Shown: piece by piece, positions 53,904 through 62,697 of the stretch
How positions within the stretch are numbered: the stretch's first letter is position 1
How the letters are laid out: each line of letters starts with the position of its first letter
Origin: an uncultured delta proteobacterium
GTDB lineage: Bacteria; Desulfobacterota; Desulfomonilia; UBA1062
Direction of reading: 5' to 3'
Length of the DNA stretch: 64,000 nt
NCBI GenBank assembly: GCA_963785235.1
Contig: CAWAUM010000002.1
Coordinates: 160,001-224,000 of the forward strand
Notes under the pieces: generated by a model
Seen by the model: the letters and a program-made list of their open reading frames with translations, nothing else
Database searches by the model: none
Told to the model about the DNA's origin: nothing
Position numbers and translations under genes: made by a program

Positions 53904-54161
53904 ATGGAAAACAAGGAACTCGTAAAACAGATGGTTGACCTGCACAAGACATCATTCGACAACAGCTTTAACATGCTCATTACCCTGCAGGACCAGATGG
54001 AAAAGATGGTGAATTCTTTTGTGGAACAAGCGCCATGGCTTCCCGCAGAGGGAAGAAATGCAGTGACCAATCTGGTAAGCACCTATAAAAAGGGGCGCGA
54101 GGATTTCAAGAAGGTTGTTGATGATGGATATAAAAAGGTTGAAGAATATATTGCCAAGTAA
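53904..54161 (+). CDS. Phasin-like small helical protein, paralogue 1
   Basis: KQMxDxHK..FDNSF..LQDQ.EKM...YKKGR; PHA gene context; RBS AGGAGG. Confidence 0.7.
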   Translation: MENKELVKQMVDLHKTSFDNSFNMLITLQDQMEKMVNSFVEQAPWLPAEGRNAVTNLVSTYKKGREDFKKVVDDGYKKVEEYIAK

Positions 54162-54193
54162 ACTATAAATAATAATGAAGGAGGCGATATACT

Positions 54194-54466
54194 ATGGATT
54201 ATCAAAAGGATATGGCAAAACAGGTAATTGCGTTTTACAAGACGACTTTTGACAACAGCTTCAACACTATGATCATGCTTCAGGAACAGGCGGAAAAGCT
54301 TATGAAGACGTTTGTGTCACAGGCCCCCGGGATGAACGACGAGGGCAGGAAGGTGCTGGAGCAGTGGATGGGTGTGTATAAGAAAGGACGCGACGATTAC
54401 AAGAAGGCCATGGATGAAGGGTATGCCAAGGTAGAAGATTTTTTCGAAAAATTTGGAAAGAGTTGA
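54194..54466 (+). CDS. Phasin-like small helical protein, paralogue 2
   Basis: Same motif pattern as paralogue 1; RBS AGGAGG. Confidence 0.7.
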   Translation: MDYQKDMAKQVIAFYKTTFDNSFNTMIMLQEQAEKLMKTFVSQAPGMNDEGRKVLEQWMGVYKKGRDDYKKAMDEGYAKVEDFFEKFGKS

Positions 54467-54517
54467 GTAAAGAACCTGCCCTGCAGGTCACAAAAAGAAA
54501 AAGCAAGGAGAACCGTT

Positions 54518-54808
54518 ATGGACGAGAAAATTATTGTCAAACAGATGCTCGACTTCCACAAAAGTACATTCCAGAACAGTTACAATGCGATGACCATGCT
54601 TCAGGACCAGACCGAAAAGATGCTCAGCGCCTTCTTGAGCCAGGCAAACTGGGTTCCGCAGGACTTCAAGAAGGTTATGGGAGAATGGACCACCTCTTAC
54701 AAAAAAGGCCGCGAAGAATTCAAGAAATCCATCGATGAGAACTTCAAGCGCGTGGACGACTATTTCTCAATTCCAGACAAGCCGCAGACCAAGACGAAGC
54801 AGCATTAG
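54518..54808 (+). CDS. Phasin-like small helical protein, paralogue 3
   Basis: Same motif pattern; RBS AAGGAG. Confidence 0.7.
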   Translation: MDEKIIVKQMLDFHKSTFQNSYNAMTMLQDQTEKMLSAFLSQANWVPQDFKKVMGEWTTSYKKGREEFKKSIDENFKRVDDYFSIPDKPQTKTKQH

Positions 54809-54840
54809 GTTTCCTTGCAGCCTGAAGATCCGGGGGGAAT

Positions 54841-56433
54841 ATGGATGACATCAGTGAAGCTACCGAAAAGGGTCGTGAGTACTATGGGTCTGTTTTCAAG
54901 GAAATTGAAAGGCTCATGGGCATGAGTCTCGCCTTAGGCGAGGCCTCGCAGGAAAAGCTTAAGGCCAGCGGGATATACTTCAATGGCGTGTTCAAGTACC
55001 TCAATGAATTCATGACCCCCTTCTGGATCGCATTGAATTCTTTCAATGCCACCGAGCGCGAGAAGCTCGTCCGCCACACCCCGCAGGACAGCTTACAAGA
55101 TTACCTTGAGCTGCTCCAGTTCAACATCCAGGTGGCGCAAAGAGGCTATGACAGCTCCATGAAGGCCATGACCGATTTTCACATGAACGAGCTCTCCAGG
55201 GCATTCAATGCCTGGCTCAACACCATATTCGATCGGGAAGGGGAAGATATCCAGGCCTTTGTGGAACGACAGGCCAAGCTACTGCAAAAGGTGATCTACG
55301 AATACCCAAAGGCCATCGACGACATCGAACCGGAGTATGGGTTTCATTTCGAGACAGATGGTTATAAGAAGATCGCCGAGACCGATCGCTTTAGTGTCTA
55401 TCAGGTGCTCCCACAAAAAGGCTTCAAGATCAAAACCCTTTCAAAACCAGTCCTCATCATACCGCCTTACGTACTCGGAGCAAACATACTTGGATTTCTT
55501 CCTGGAGAAGGTAAGAGCTATGTGCATGCCTATGCCAACCAGGGGATACCCACTTATGTTCGCGTGCTCAAAGATATCGAGACCACTCCTGCAGTCCAGA
55601 TCATGACCGGTGAAGACGATGCGTTGGATACCAGGTATTTCTGTGAGATCCTTTATAAGAGGCACAATCTGCCTGTAACGCTCAACGGCTTCTGTCAGGG
55701 TGGGTTTGTGGCGGTGCTGGACATCGTTTCAGGCGAGCTCGACGGCCTTGTGGATGCTCTCATCACCTGTGTGGCTCCCATGGACGGCACCAGGAGCAAG
55801 GCATTAATCGAATATCTTGCTCACCTGCCCGGCCGATTCCGCGATCTCGGTTATGCAGTAAAAGACCTGCCCAACGGCAACTCCGTGGTGGACGGCAAGG
55901 TAATGAGCTGGGTGTACAAACTCAAGAGCATGGACAAAGAGGCCCCCATTTATGCCCTGTACCGCGACCTCATGATGTTCGACGATCCGCTGGGAAAGGA
56001 TGTGAGGATAACAAAGACCGCTGCGGCACTGAACCACTGGCTCATCTATGACCGCAAGGACATCCCGGTGGCCATAACGAAAATGAGCTTCGATTCCTAT
56101 ACCGTGCCGGTGGCCGAAGACGGGACCTTACCGGTGAAACTCTTTGGCAGGAAGCTTAATTTTAAAAGGATCACGGAAAAAGGCATCAAGTTCCTTATCT
56201 GCTATGCGGAAAATGATGACCTTGTGGACAAGGAGTCTGCGCGTGCACCACTTGATTATGTGGATGCGGAGGTGACCGTGTTCCCCAAGGGCCACGGCGC
56301 TATTGCAACGACCTGGTCTGCTGTTGAGACGGAGTATGCCATCCACAAGCGCTATGCAAACGGATCGCGTGGGCCGGTGCGGTTCCAGCTTGACCTCGAT
56401 GAAGAGGCCAGAAAGGGGAAATCCCATGGATAA
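54841..56433 (+). CDS. Divergent PHA synthase (PhaC)-like alpha/beta hydrolase
   Basis: PVLIIPPY, GFCQGG box, ENDDLV Asp, KGHG His; long helical N-terminus. Confidence 0.65.
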   Translation: MDDISEATEKGREYYGSVFKEIERLMGMSLALGEASQEKLKASGIYFNGVFKYLNEFMTPFWIALNSFNATEREKLVRHTPQDSLQDYLELLQFNIQVAQRGYDSSMKAMTDFHMNELSRAFNAWLNTIFDREGEDIQAFVERQAKLLQKVIYEYPKAIDDIEPEYGFHFETDGYKKIAETDRFSVYQVLPQKGFKIKTLSKPVLIIPPYVLGANILGFLPGEGKSYVHAYANQGIPTYVRVLKDIETTPAVQIMTGEDDALDTRYFCEILYKRHNLPVTLNGFCQGGFVAVLDIVSGELDGLVDALITCVAPMDGTRSKALIEYLAHLPGRFRDLGYAVKDLPNGNSVVDGKVMSWVYKLKSMDKEAPIYALYRDLMMFDDPLGKDVRITKTAAALNHWLIYDRKDIPVAITKMSFDSYTVPVAEDGTLPVKLFGRKLNFKRITEKGIKFLICYAENDDLVDKESARAPLDYVDAEVTVFPKGHGAIATTWSAVETEYAIHKRYANGSRGPVRFQLDLDEEARKGKSHG

Positions 56434-57032
56434 GCAATTTTTAGAGTTCTGGGGCAATATGATGCTCTCCTCAGCCAAAGGCCAGCAGCAGCTTGACGAC
56501 ATCATGAAGTGGTTCTCCGGCAATTTCACTGAATTCAAAGACATCACTTCGGCCTTCTGCAAGATGTACGGTATAGATCCGGAGGCACAAAAGGCACCTG
56601 GAAACCTTACTATATGGCAGAAGGCCTTTGACGAGTTCCAGAAATCCTTTGGCGAACTTGCCATCATGATGGACCTGGTGCCCAGGAAGGACTACATCGC
56701 CCTGTCCCGGGAAAACCAGGATCTGAAGAAACGCCTTTCCGAACTGGAAGAAGGGATAGCCCACCAGAGGGCGCTCCTGGCGGAAAAGGCCATTGCTTCT
56801 TCACGGCGAGGGGCTCAAGGGTTTCCAGGAGCTCATAAATGAGCAGGCAAAGCAGTATCAGGATTTCATGAATAACATTGGCAATGTCTTCGGAGAGAAA
56901 CCTTCCTCGCCTGAGGCTCGACCCGCTGCAGCAGCTGCCAAGCCCAAGCCTGCCGCCCCTGAACAGAGTAAGGTAAAACCCAAGGACAAGGTTGCAACAA
57001 AAACAGCCCCGAAAGCCGCTAAGAAAAAGTGA
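56426..57032 (+). CDS. PhaE/PhaF-like coiled-coil protein with Ala/Lys/Pro tail (frameshifted near 56800)
   Basis: DLVPRKDY...LKKRLSELE coil; AAAKPKP...PKAAKKK tail; overlaps the stop of the PhaC-like gene. Confidence 0.55.
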
Positions 57033-57220
57033 CCCTTGAATTACTTTTCATATACCGGAAGGCTTTTGGCGTTATATGCTTTCTAAGCTCTACCTTTCAG
57101 AGCCGGACTATTGCAATCGATTTTGTCTCGTCGCCAACAATCAATAGTCTCACCTGGACCCCTTGACTCTGTTCTGATGAATATTAACTATGTAAGGCAT
57201 CGCAATAAAGGAGGCTGATT

Positions 57221-57631
57221 ATGGAAAGCTCATGGGAAGCCCGATCGGAAAAGATGCGCAGGTTCTTTGACAAGACCATTGAAACAGGTACCTGGGCCGG
57301 GATCGTTCTATCACGCATGTTTAAGGAAGTCATGCCTTCCCCGATAAGAAGAAGCTTGGAGCATTTTCATCAGCATATAGATGACAGAAGGTATGATAGA
57401 AGGCTTAAGCTGAAAAAAACCATAACCGGCTTCAGTGATGGAAAGATGTTGAAGGACATACACCTTATCAACATCAGCAAGGGTGGTATGTATGTTGAGG
57501 TAGAGTCCCCCTTGGAGGTTGGACCGGAAGTGTCCTTCAATCTTTCAGGGAAAAATCTCGGGCCTATTATGCGGGTTAGGGGACGGGTTATGCGAAGGGC
57601 AGAAAGGGGAATGGCCATACAATTCTCTTGA
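57221..57631 (+). CDS. PilZ domain protein
   Basis: RRYDR (RxxxR) and NISKGG (NxSxxG). Confidence 0.85.
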   Translation: MESSWEARSEKMRRFFDKTIETGTWAGIVLSRMFKEVMPSPIRRSLEHFHQHIDDRRYDRRLKLKKTITGFSDGKMLKDIHLINISKGGMYVEVESPLEVGPEVSFNLSGKNLGPIMRVRGRVMRRAERGMAIQFS

Positions 57632-57747
57632 AAGATACCTTCTTTCCTTTTCAACAGCGACACCTGCTAAGGGACGGGCCTCCACAGACAAGACTCGCCT
57701 GCGTTTGTCCTTTCGATGCAATTAAACCCTGAGGCCTCGTTGTTTCT

Positions 57748-60528
57748 CTATAGACCGATCTTTTTCCTATACCGGCCAATGCTTGAAAACAATACGAGCA
57801 TGAGTAGGCTGACAGCCCACACACCCTGTGATGAAGAATGATGAAGGGATGTATCGATAAAGCATTCGTTCTTGCTGTTTTTATCTGTGCTTATATCTTC
57901 ATTTACCTGTTGAATCTCATCTGCTCCGATACCGCCTGGATCAATGATAATCCCATTGGCAACTCCATCGGTATCGCCGTAATCCGGATCTCCATCTTTT
58001 AACTGTATCGTCACTTTCATCCGATCTTCACTGAAGGCAAAATGCGGGTACATCTTCCACCCGTTAGTCTCATCATAAGTATACCACTTTGCACCTTGAG
58101 GAGCCGGATCGGATAGATTTATAACCACCTCGGCAAAATCACCGGGTGTAGCTACCTCTACCTTAAAGTCAATCAGTCCGATCGGGAGAGCCCCTGGCTT
58201 CCCTGCTGTATCATGGATCGATGTAGGATCAATTGATTTAAAAGATCGTATAGCCTTGCAGTTTGTAGACATCTTAAGACTTACATATTCTTCTCCTGGA
58301 GAGGTAATCAGGGCTTTCATATTTTCCTGATCACGGTCATAAACCCCATCTGAATCTAAATCCACATCTTCACCTAAGAGCAGTTCCTGCTCATCGGGTA
58401 TCCCATTCTTATTGAGATCTGCCGGATCGATTTGCACTGTCTCGAATGCCACCGGGTCCGACCACTGGGTGCCATTGTTTTGATCGTCATAGAATTTTAC
58501 CCTGCAGTAATGTTTCATGCCGGCATCAAGAATCAGTTCGGGAACAACCAACTCGGTACGTTGCGTAGCACTCTTCAGATTGAGGAGAACATCACCTTTA
58601 TCATTGCTGATCTCCCACTCTGTCAGTCCGTAGTTATTGGCGAGGGCAGTCGTTTTCAGGACAGGTGTCAGCGAGACCTCGACTGCGTTGTTTTCCGGAG
58701 CGATGATTACCGGTGTTATGAGGGTGGTTTCTGGCTGGTCCTTGGTCGATACGCTCTCTTTCGGGGGAGTGTTCTCTTTCGGAGGGGTGTTCTCTTTGAC
58801 CTGGAGCGAACAGGTGGTAGGGGACTTCATCCAATTTTCTGCTGAGTCCTTGAAAAGGACATACACCGTCTTTTTCCCAGTCCCACTTGAGAGCGTCCAA
58901 GCATAGCTGGTGGTAAAGACAATTTCAGTGGTGTAGCTCACTCCGTCATTACTGATCCTCATCCCTGTCACTGTTCCGCCTGCATCGCTGGCGCTCAGCG
59001 TGAGCGTCACCGCATTGGTCGTGCTTGTCGCTGCCCCTGAGTTGATCACCACGCTCCCTGTCGGGGCAGTGGTATCCGTGACCTGGATCGTGTCCGTGGC
59101 CGGGGTCCTCATCCAGTTCCCTGCTGAATCCTTGAAAAGGACATACACCGTCTTATTACCGTAGCCGCTTGACAGCGTCCACGTTCGGCTGGTGCTATAG
59201 GCAACTTCACTGCCGTAGCTCACTCCGTCATTGCTGATCCTCATCCCTGTCACTGTTCCGCCTGCATCGCTGGCGCTCAGCCTGAGCGTTACCGCATTGG
59301 TCGTGCTTGTCGCTGCCCCTGAGTTGATCACCACGCTCCCTGTCGGGGCAGTGGTATCCGTGACCTGGATCGTGTCCGTGGCCGGGGTCCTCATCCAGTT
59401 TCCTGCCGAGTCCTTGAAAAGGACATACACCGTCTTATTACCGTAGCCGCTTGACAGCGTCCACGTTCGGCTGGTGCTATAGGCAACTTCACTGCCGTAG
59501 CTCACTCCGTCATTGCTGATCCTCATCCCTGTCACTGTTCCGCCTGCATCGCTGGCGCTCAGCCTGAGCGTTACCGCATTGGTCGTGCTTGTCGCTGCTC
59601 CTGAGTTGATCACCACGCTCCCTGTGGGGGCTGTGGTATCCGTGACCTGGATCGTGTCCGTGGCCGGGGTCCTCATCCAGTTTCCTGCCGAGTCCTTGAA
59701 AAGGACATACACCGTCTTATTACCGTAGCCGCTTGACAGCGTCCACGTTCGGCTGGTGCTATAGGCAACTTCACTGCCGTAGCTCACACCGTCATTGCTG
59801 ATCCTCATCCCTGTCACTGTTCCGCCTGCATCGCTGGCGCTCAGCCTGAGCGTTACCGCATTGGTCGTGCTTGTCGCTGCTCCTGAGTTGATCACCACGC
59901 TCCCTGTGGGGGCTGTGGTATCCGTGACCTGGATCGTGTCCGTGGCCGGGGTCCTCATCCAGTTTCCTGCCGAGTCCTTGAAAAGGACATACACCGTCTT
60001 ATTACCGTAGCCGCTTGACAGCGTCCACGTTCGGCTGGTGCTATAGGCAACTTCACTGCCGTAGCTCACTCCGTCATTGCTGATCCTCATCCCTGTCACT
60101 GTTCCGCCTGCATCGCTGGCGCTCAGCCTGAGCGTTACCGCATTGGTCGTGCTTGTCGCTGCCCCTGAGTTAATCACCACGCTCCCTGTGGGGGCTGTGG
60201 TATCCGTAGTAGCTGGCACAATAACCGGAATATAAGCGCTTTGCTCCGTTGATTTGCTCGACTCGTTCCCGGAGTTATCATATGAAGCCACCGTAACATA
60301 GTAGGTTGATCCGCTCTGTACATTGCTGATCGAATAACTCGTTGCCATTTGTACATCTGCAACAGTCTCATATGTTCTCGATTGAGTGCCGTAGTACACC
60401 TTGTAACCGGCCAGATCGGCATCGGTATTCGCCTGCCATGTAATGAGCAGAGAAGCCGCAGTGCAAAGAGGAGGGAAAAGCGCTATGAAGGTAATAACCA
60501 GAACCCCTATATTTCGAAAACGCCTCAT
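57748..60528 (-). CDS. Cell-surface protein: FN3, five Ig-like repeats, FN3-like domain, choice-of-anchor-U-like domain, CFI-type sorting tail
   Basis: Signal, DLAGYKVYYG..YD.SGNES, DGDPDYGDTDGVANGIIIDPGG, CFIDT + TM + RYRKK. Confidence 0.8.
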   Translation of the reverse strand: MRRFRNIGVLVITFIALFPPLCTAASLLITWQANTDADLAGYKVYYGTQSRTYETVADVQMATSYSISNVQSGSTYYVTVASYDNSGNESSKSTEQSAYIPVIVPATTDTTAPTGSVVINSGAATSTTNAVTLRLSASDAGGTVTGMRISNDGVSYGSEVAYSTSRTWTLSSGYGNKTVYVLFKDSAGNWMRTPATDTIQVTDTTAPTGSVVINSGAATSTTNAVTLRLSASDAGGTVTGMRISNDGVSYGSEVAYSTSRTWTLSSGYGNKTVYVLFKDSAGNWMRTPATDTIQVTDTTAPTGSVVINSGAATSTTNAVTLRLSASDAGGTVTGMRISNDGVSYGSEVAYSTSRTWTLSSGYGNKTVYVLFKDSAGNWMRTPATDTIQVTDTTAPTGSVVINSGAATSTTNAVTLRLSASDAGGTVTGMRISNDGVSYGSEVAYSTSRTWTLSSGYGNKTVYVLFKDSAGNWMRTPATDTIQVTDTTAPTGSVVINSGAATSTTNAVTLTLSASDAGGTVTGMRISNDGVSYTTEIVFTTSYAWTLSSGTGKKTVYVLFKDSAENWMKSPTTCSLQVKENTPPKENTPPKESVSTKDQPETTLITPVIIAPENNAVEVSLTPVLKTTALANNYGLTEWEISNDKGDVLLNLKSATQRTELVVPELILDAGMKHYCRVKFYDDQNNGTQWSDPVAFETVQIDPADLNKNGIPDEQELLLGEDVDLDSDGVYDRDQENMKALITSPGEEYVSLKMSTNCKAIRSFKSIDPTSIHDTAGKPGALPIGLIDFKVEVATPGDFAEVVINLSDPAPQGAKWYTYDETNGWKMYPHFAFSEDRMKVTIQLKDGDPDYGDTDGVANGIIIDPGGIGADEIQQVNEDISTDKNSKNECFIDTSLHHSSSQGVWAVSLLMLVLFSSIGRYRKKIGL
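58798..60207 (-). repeat. Five tandem 282-bp (94-aa) intragenic repeats
   Basis: TDTTAPTGSVVINSG... unit; four identical in protein, the fifth diverging towards its end. Confidence 0.95.
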
Positions 60529-60578
60529 AATAATAACTCCAATCCAGTAGTTCCAATGCAGCACTTTTGAAAACAAAA

Positions 60579-60663
60579 AGCAAAAACCAGGCCATATTTA
60601 TTTCTGTTTCTTAATCAAAGAGTTACATTTCGCTTTTTGAAGATTTTGTTACATTATCGTACA
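60579..60663 (-). promoter_or_regulatory. sigma54 promoter with IHF site and enhancer candidate
   Basis: TGGCCTGGTTTTTGCT (60594-60579), AATCAAAGAGTTA (60613-60625), TGT-N11-ACA (60647-60663). Confidence 0.7.
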
Positions 60664-61216
60664 TAGGCCTGATATTTTTGTAACCGGTCCCCTTTCCCGG
60701 AATGACTTAATGTTGTTTCTTTTTTCCATTTTATTAATTAATTATTAATATTATTGCATTAATTGTTAGTGCTGTAGGCCAGGACCATTTTGAGGACACC
60801 CTAGTTATGGTTTGCCTCTCTTATGAATAACGTCAAGATGCCGCCTAAATACCGTCAAAAAATGAACTTCTGCTGGAAAACTGGTATGGTTGTGATTCAT
60901 GCGGAGGGTATCTTGTAGGCCACACCTTGAAAACTATACCGGTAAGCGGATATTCAATCAATTTCCTGTAATATATTTGATTTATTTACACTAATCATTC
61001 TATATTATATTATATATATATATTATAAAACAATACTATTTATTATAGTCTTTTATCGATTTATATTAATTTTATTATTAGTAACATTTTGTTGGCTGTA
61101 TTCATTTTACTATGCTAATTTTCTAGAAAATTACATATTATAAATAAATGGATCATAAAAAAGCAATGCTTGACCCCTGGGATTTCCAGGGATAAACCAA
61201 TGAATGGAAAGGCTCT

Positions 61217-61732
61217 ATGGAGGTAAATGGGATGAACGGGAAAAGGGTAAATGAAAGCATGGTGCTGATGGCCCAGCTTATGACCCCGGAAGACGCCAAT
61301 CCGGCAGGGAATGTCCACGGCGGGGTCATTATGAAGCTCATCGATAATGCCGGAGGAACAGTGGCTGCAAGGCATGCCCGAAACAATGTGGTAACAGCAT
61401 CCATAGACCGCCTTAGTTTCCACAAACCGGTCTATATCGGGAATCTCATTACGCTAAAGGCCTGCTTAAACTTGGCCGGCTCAACATCCATGGAGGTGGG
61501 AGTACGTGTAGAGGCTGAAAATCTTCTTACAGGAGAGGTGTGGCATACGGCATCGGCCTACCTTACCTATGTTGCCCTGGATTCCAATTCCATACCCATG
61601 GAGATTCCACCCCTGATTGTGGAGAATAGCGAGCAGACACGGCGTTACCAGGAGGCCAATGCCCGCAGAGAACTGAGGCAGCTCGAAAGGCAGCGTGAGG
61701 CTCTTCGCCAGAAGGATGAGGGGAAGGGATAA
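61217..61732 (+). CDS. Hotdog-fold acyl-CoA thioesterase (YciA-like)
   Basis: DANPAGNVHGG..MKLID, VVTAS, TSMEVGV, TYVALD. Confidence 0.9.
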   Translation: MEVNGMNGKRVNESMVLMAQLMTPEDANPAGNVHGGVIMKLIDNAGGTVAARHARNNVVTASIDRLSFHKPVYIGNLITLKACLNLAGSTSMEVGVRVEAENLLTGEVWHTASAYLTYVALDSNSIPMEIPPLIVENSEQTRRYQEANARRELRQLERQREALRQKDEGKG

Positions 61733-62630
61733 AGGGTAGGCAAGTGTTTTTCATGGAATAATAGGTAGACCTGGTTCTCTGAGGCTATCTTAACTCTAAT
61801 TAGATCCGAACACTCCAACCAAAGAAAGATAATTTTAGTAATATCTTTTTTTATTTTTATTACGATTAAGATTAACTTCTCATTCCGCTTGAGTGCATCT
61901 GGCTTACACGACTTAATTCGATAATCACATCAGTCACTGTTCTTTTTTATTCGCAACTATCTAATATCAAACATACCTGATAATAAATTAATATTATCTG
62001 GTAATAAGATTTTTATTCGAAGAATTATCATCTTGTCTTATTAGCTATTAATATATTTGTCATTAAAGATATATAAGGCAGTTAATATTTAATATATTAT
62101 TTATTTCTAACAAACATCTGTACATGTTCGACTTGTAGACCTTCCTTCTAGGATTACGATGCTCCGTACGTTACTCAGATTGTTAAAATTAAGAACTTGT
62201 TGCTAAAAGGCAACATCCAAAAAATCTCAATGTGGTATCCCTCAAGAATCCCAAAGATTAACAGAAGACCCCCCCTTTCGGCAGTAGTAAAAAATAACAG
62301 CCCTCTGATTTAGCCGCCATTAAAAATATTAGAGCGTCCGGGGTAGTTGGTATGCCTCAGGAACAAGCCGGGCAAAATAAGCAAATTATTTAAAAAAACA
62401 GATGCCTCCCATTAGAAGGAGAGCTCTTAATCATCGGCCTACTAAATACGGATGCCCCAGGAACAGGCAGTCAAATCCTTTTTAAAAAACATACATGAAA
62501 TTACTCCAGGCATTCTTTCCTTGGGGACGTTATGACTAGTCTCTGAAAAAGCGTCACAACAACTCCCGGGTGGGGACTAAGGACTCTTGCTGCGGCAATG
62601 AGAATGAAGCAACGTCATAGTCTAAGGTTT

Positions 62631-62670
62631 AAAAAATACCCGGCCTCCTTCCGGAGACCGGGTATTTTTT
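62631..62670. terminator. Bidirectional rho-independent terminator after gyrA
   Basis: AAAAAATACCCGGCCTCC-TTCC-GGAGACCGGGTATTTTTT. Confidence 0.85.
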
Positions 62671-62697
62671 AGGTATTCTCGTAATGAGACGCCTGCT

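Noticed and set aside
58798-60207. Long tandem repeats as a CRISPR array or mobile element
   Set aside because: Contiguous 282-bp in-frame units with no spacers; they encode protein domains.
60700-61150. Very AT-rich tract as a replication origin
   Set aside because: No clustered DnaA boxes seen; more simply a regulatory region between divergent genes.
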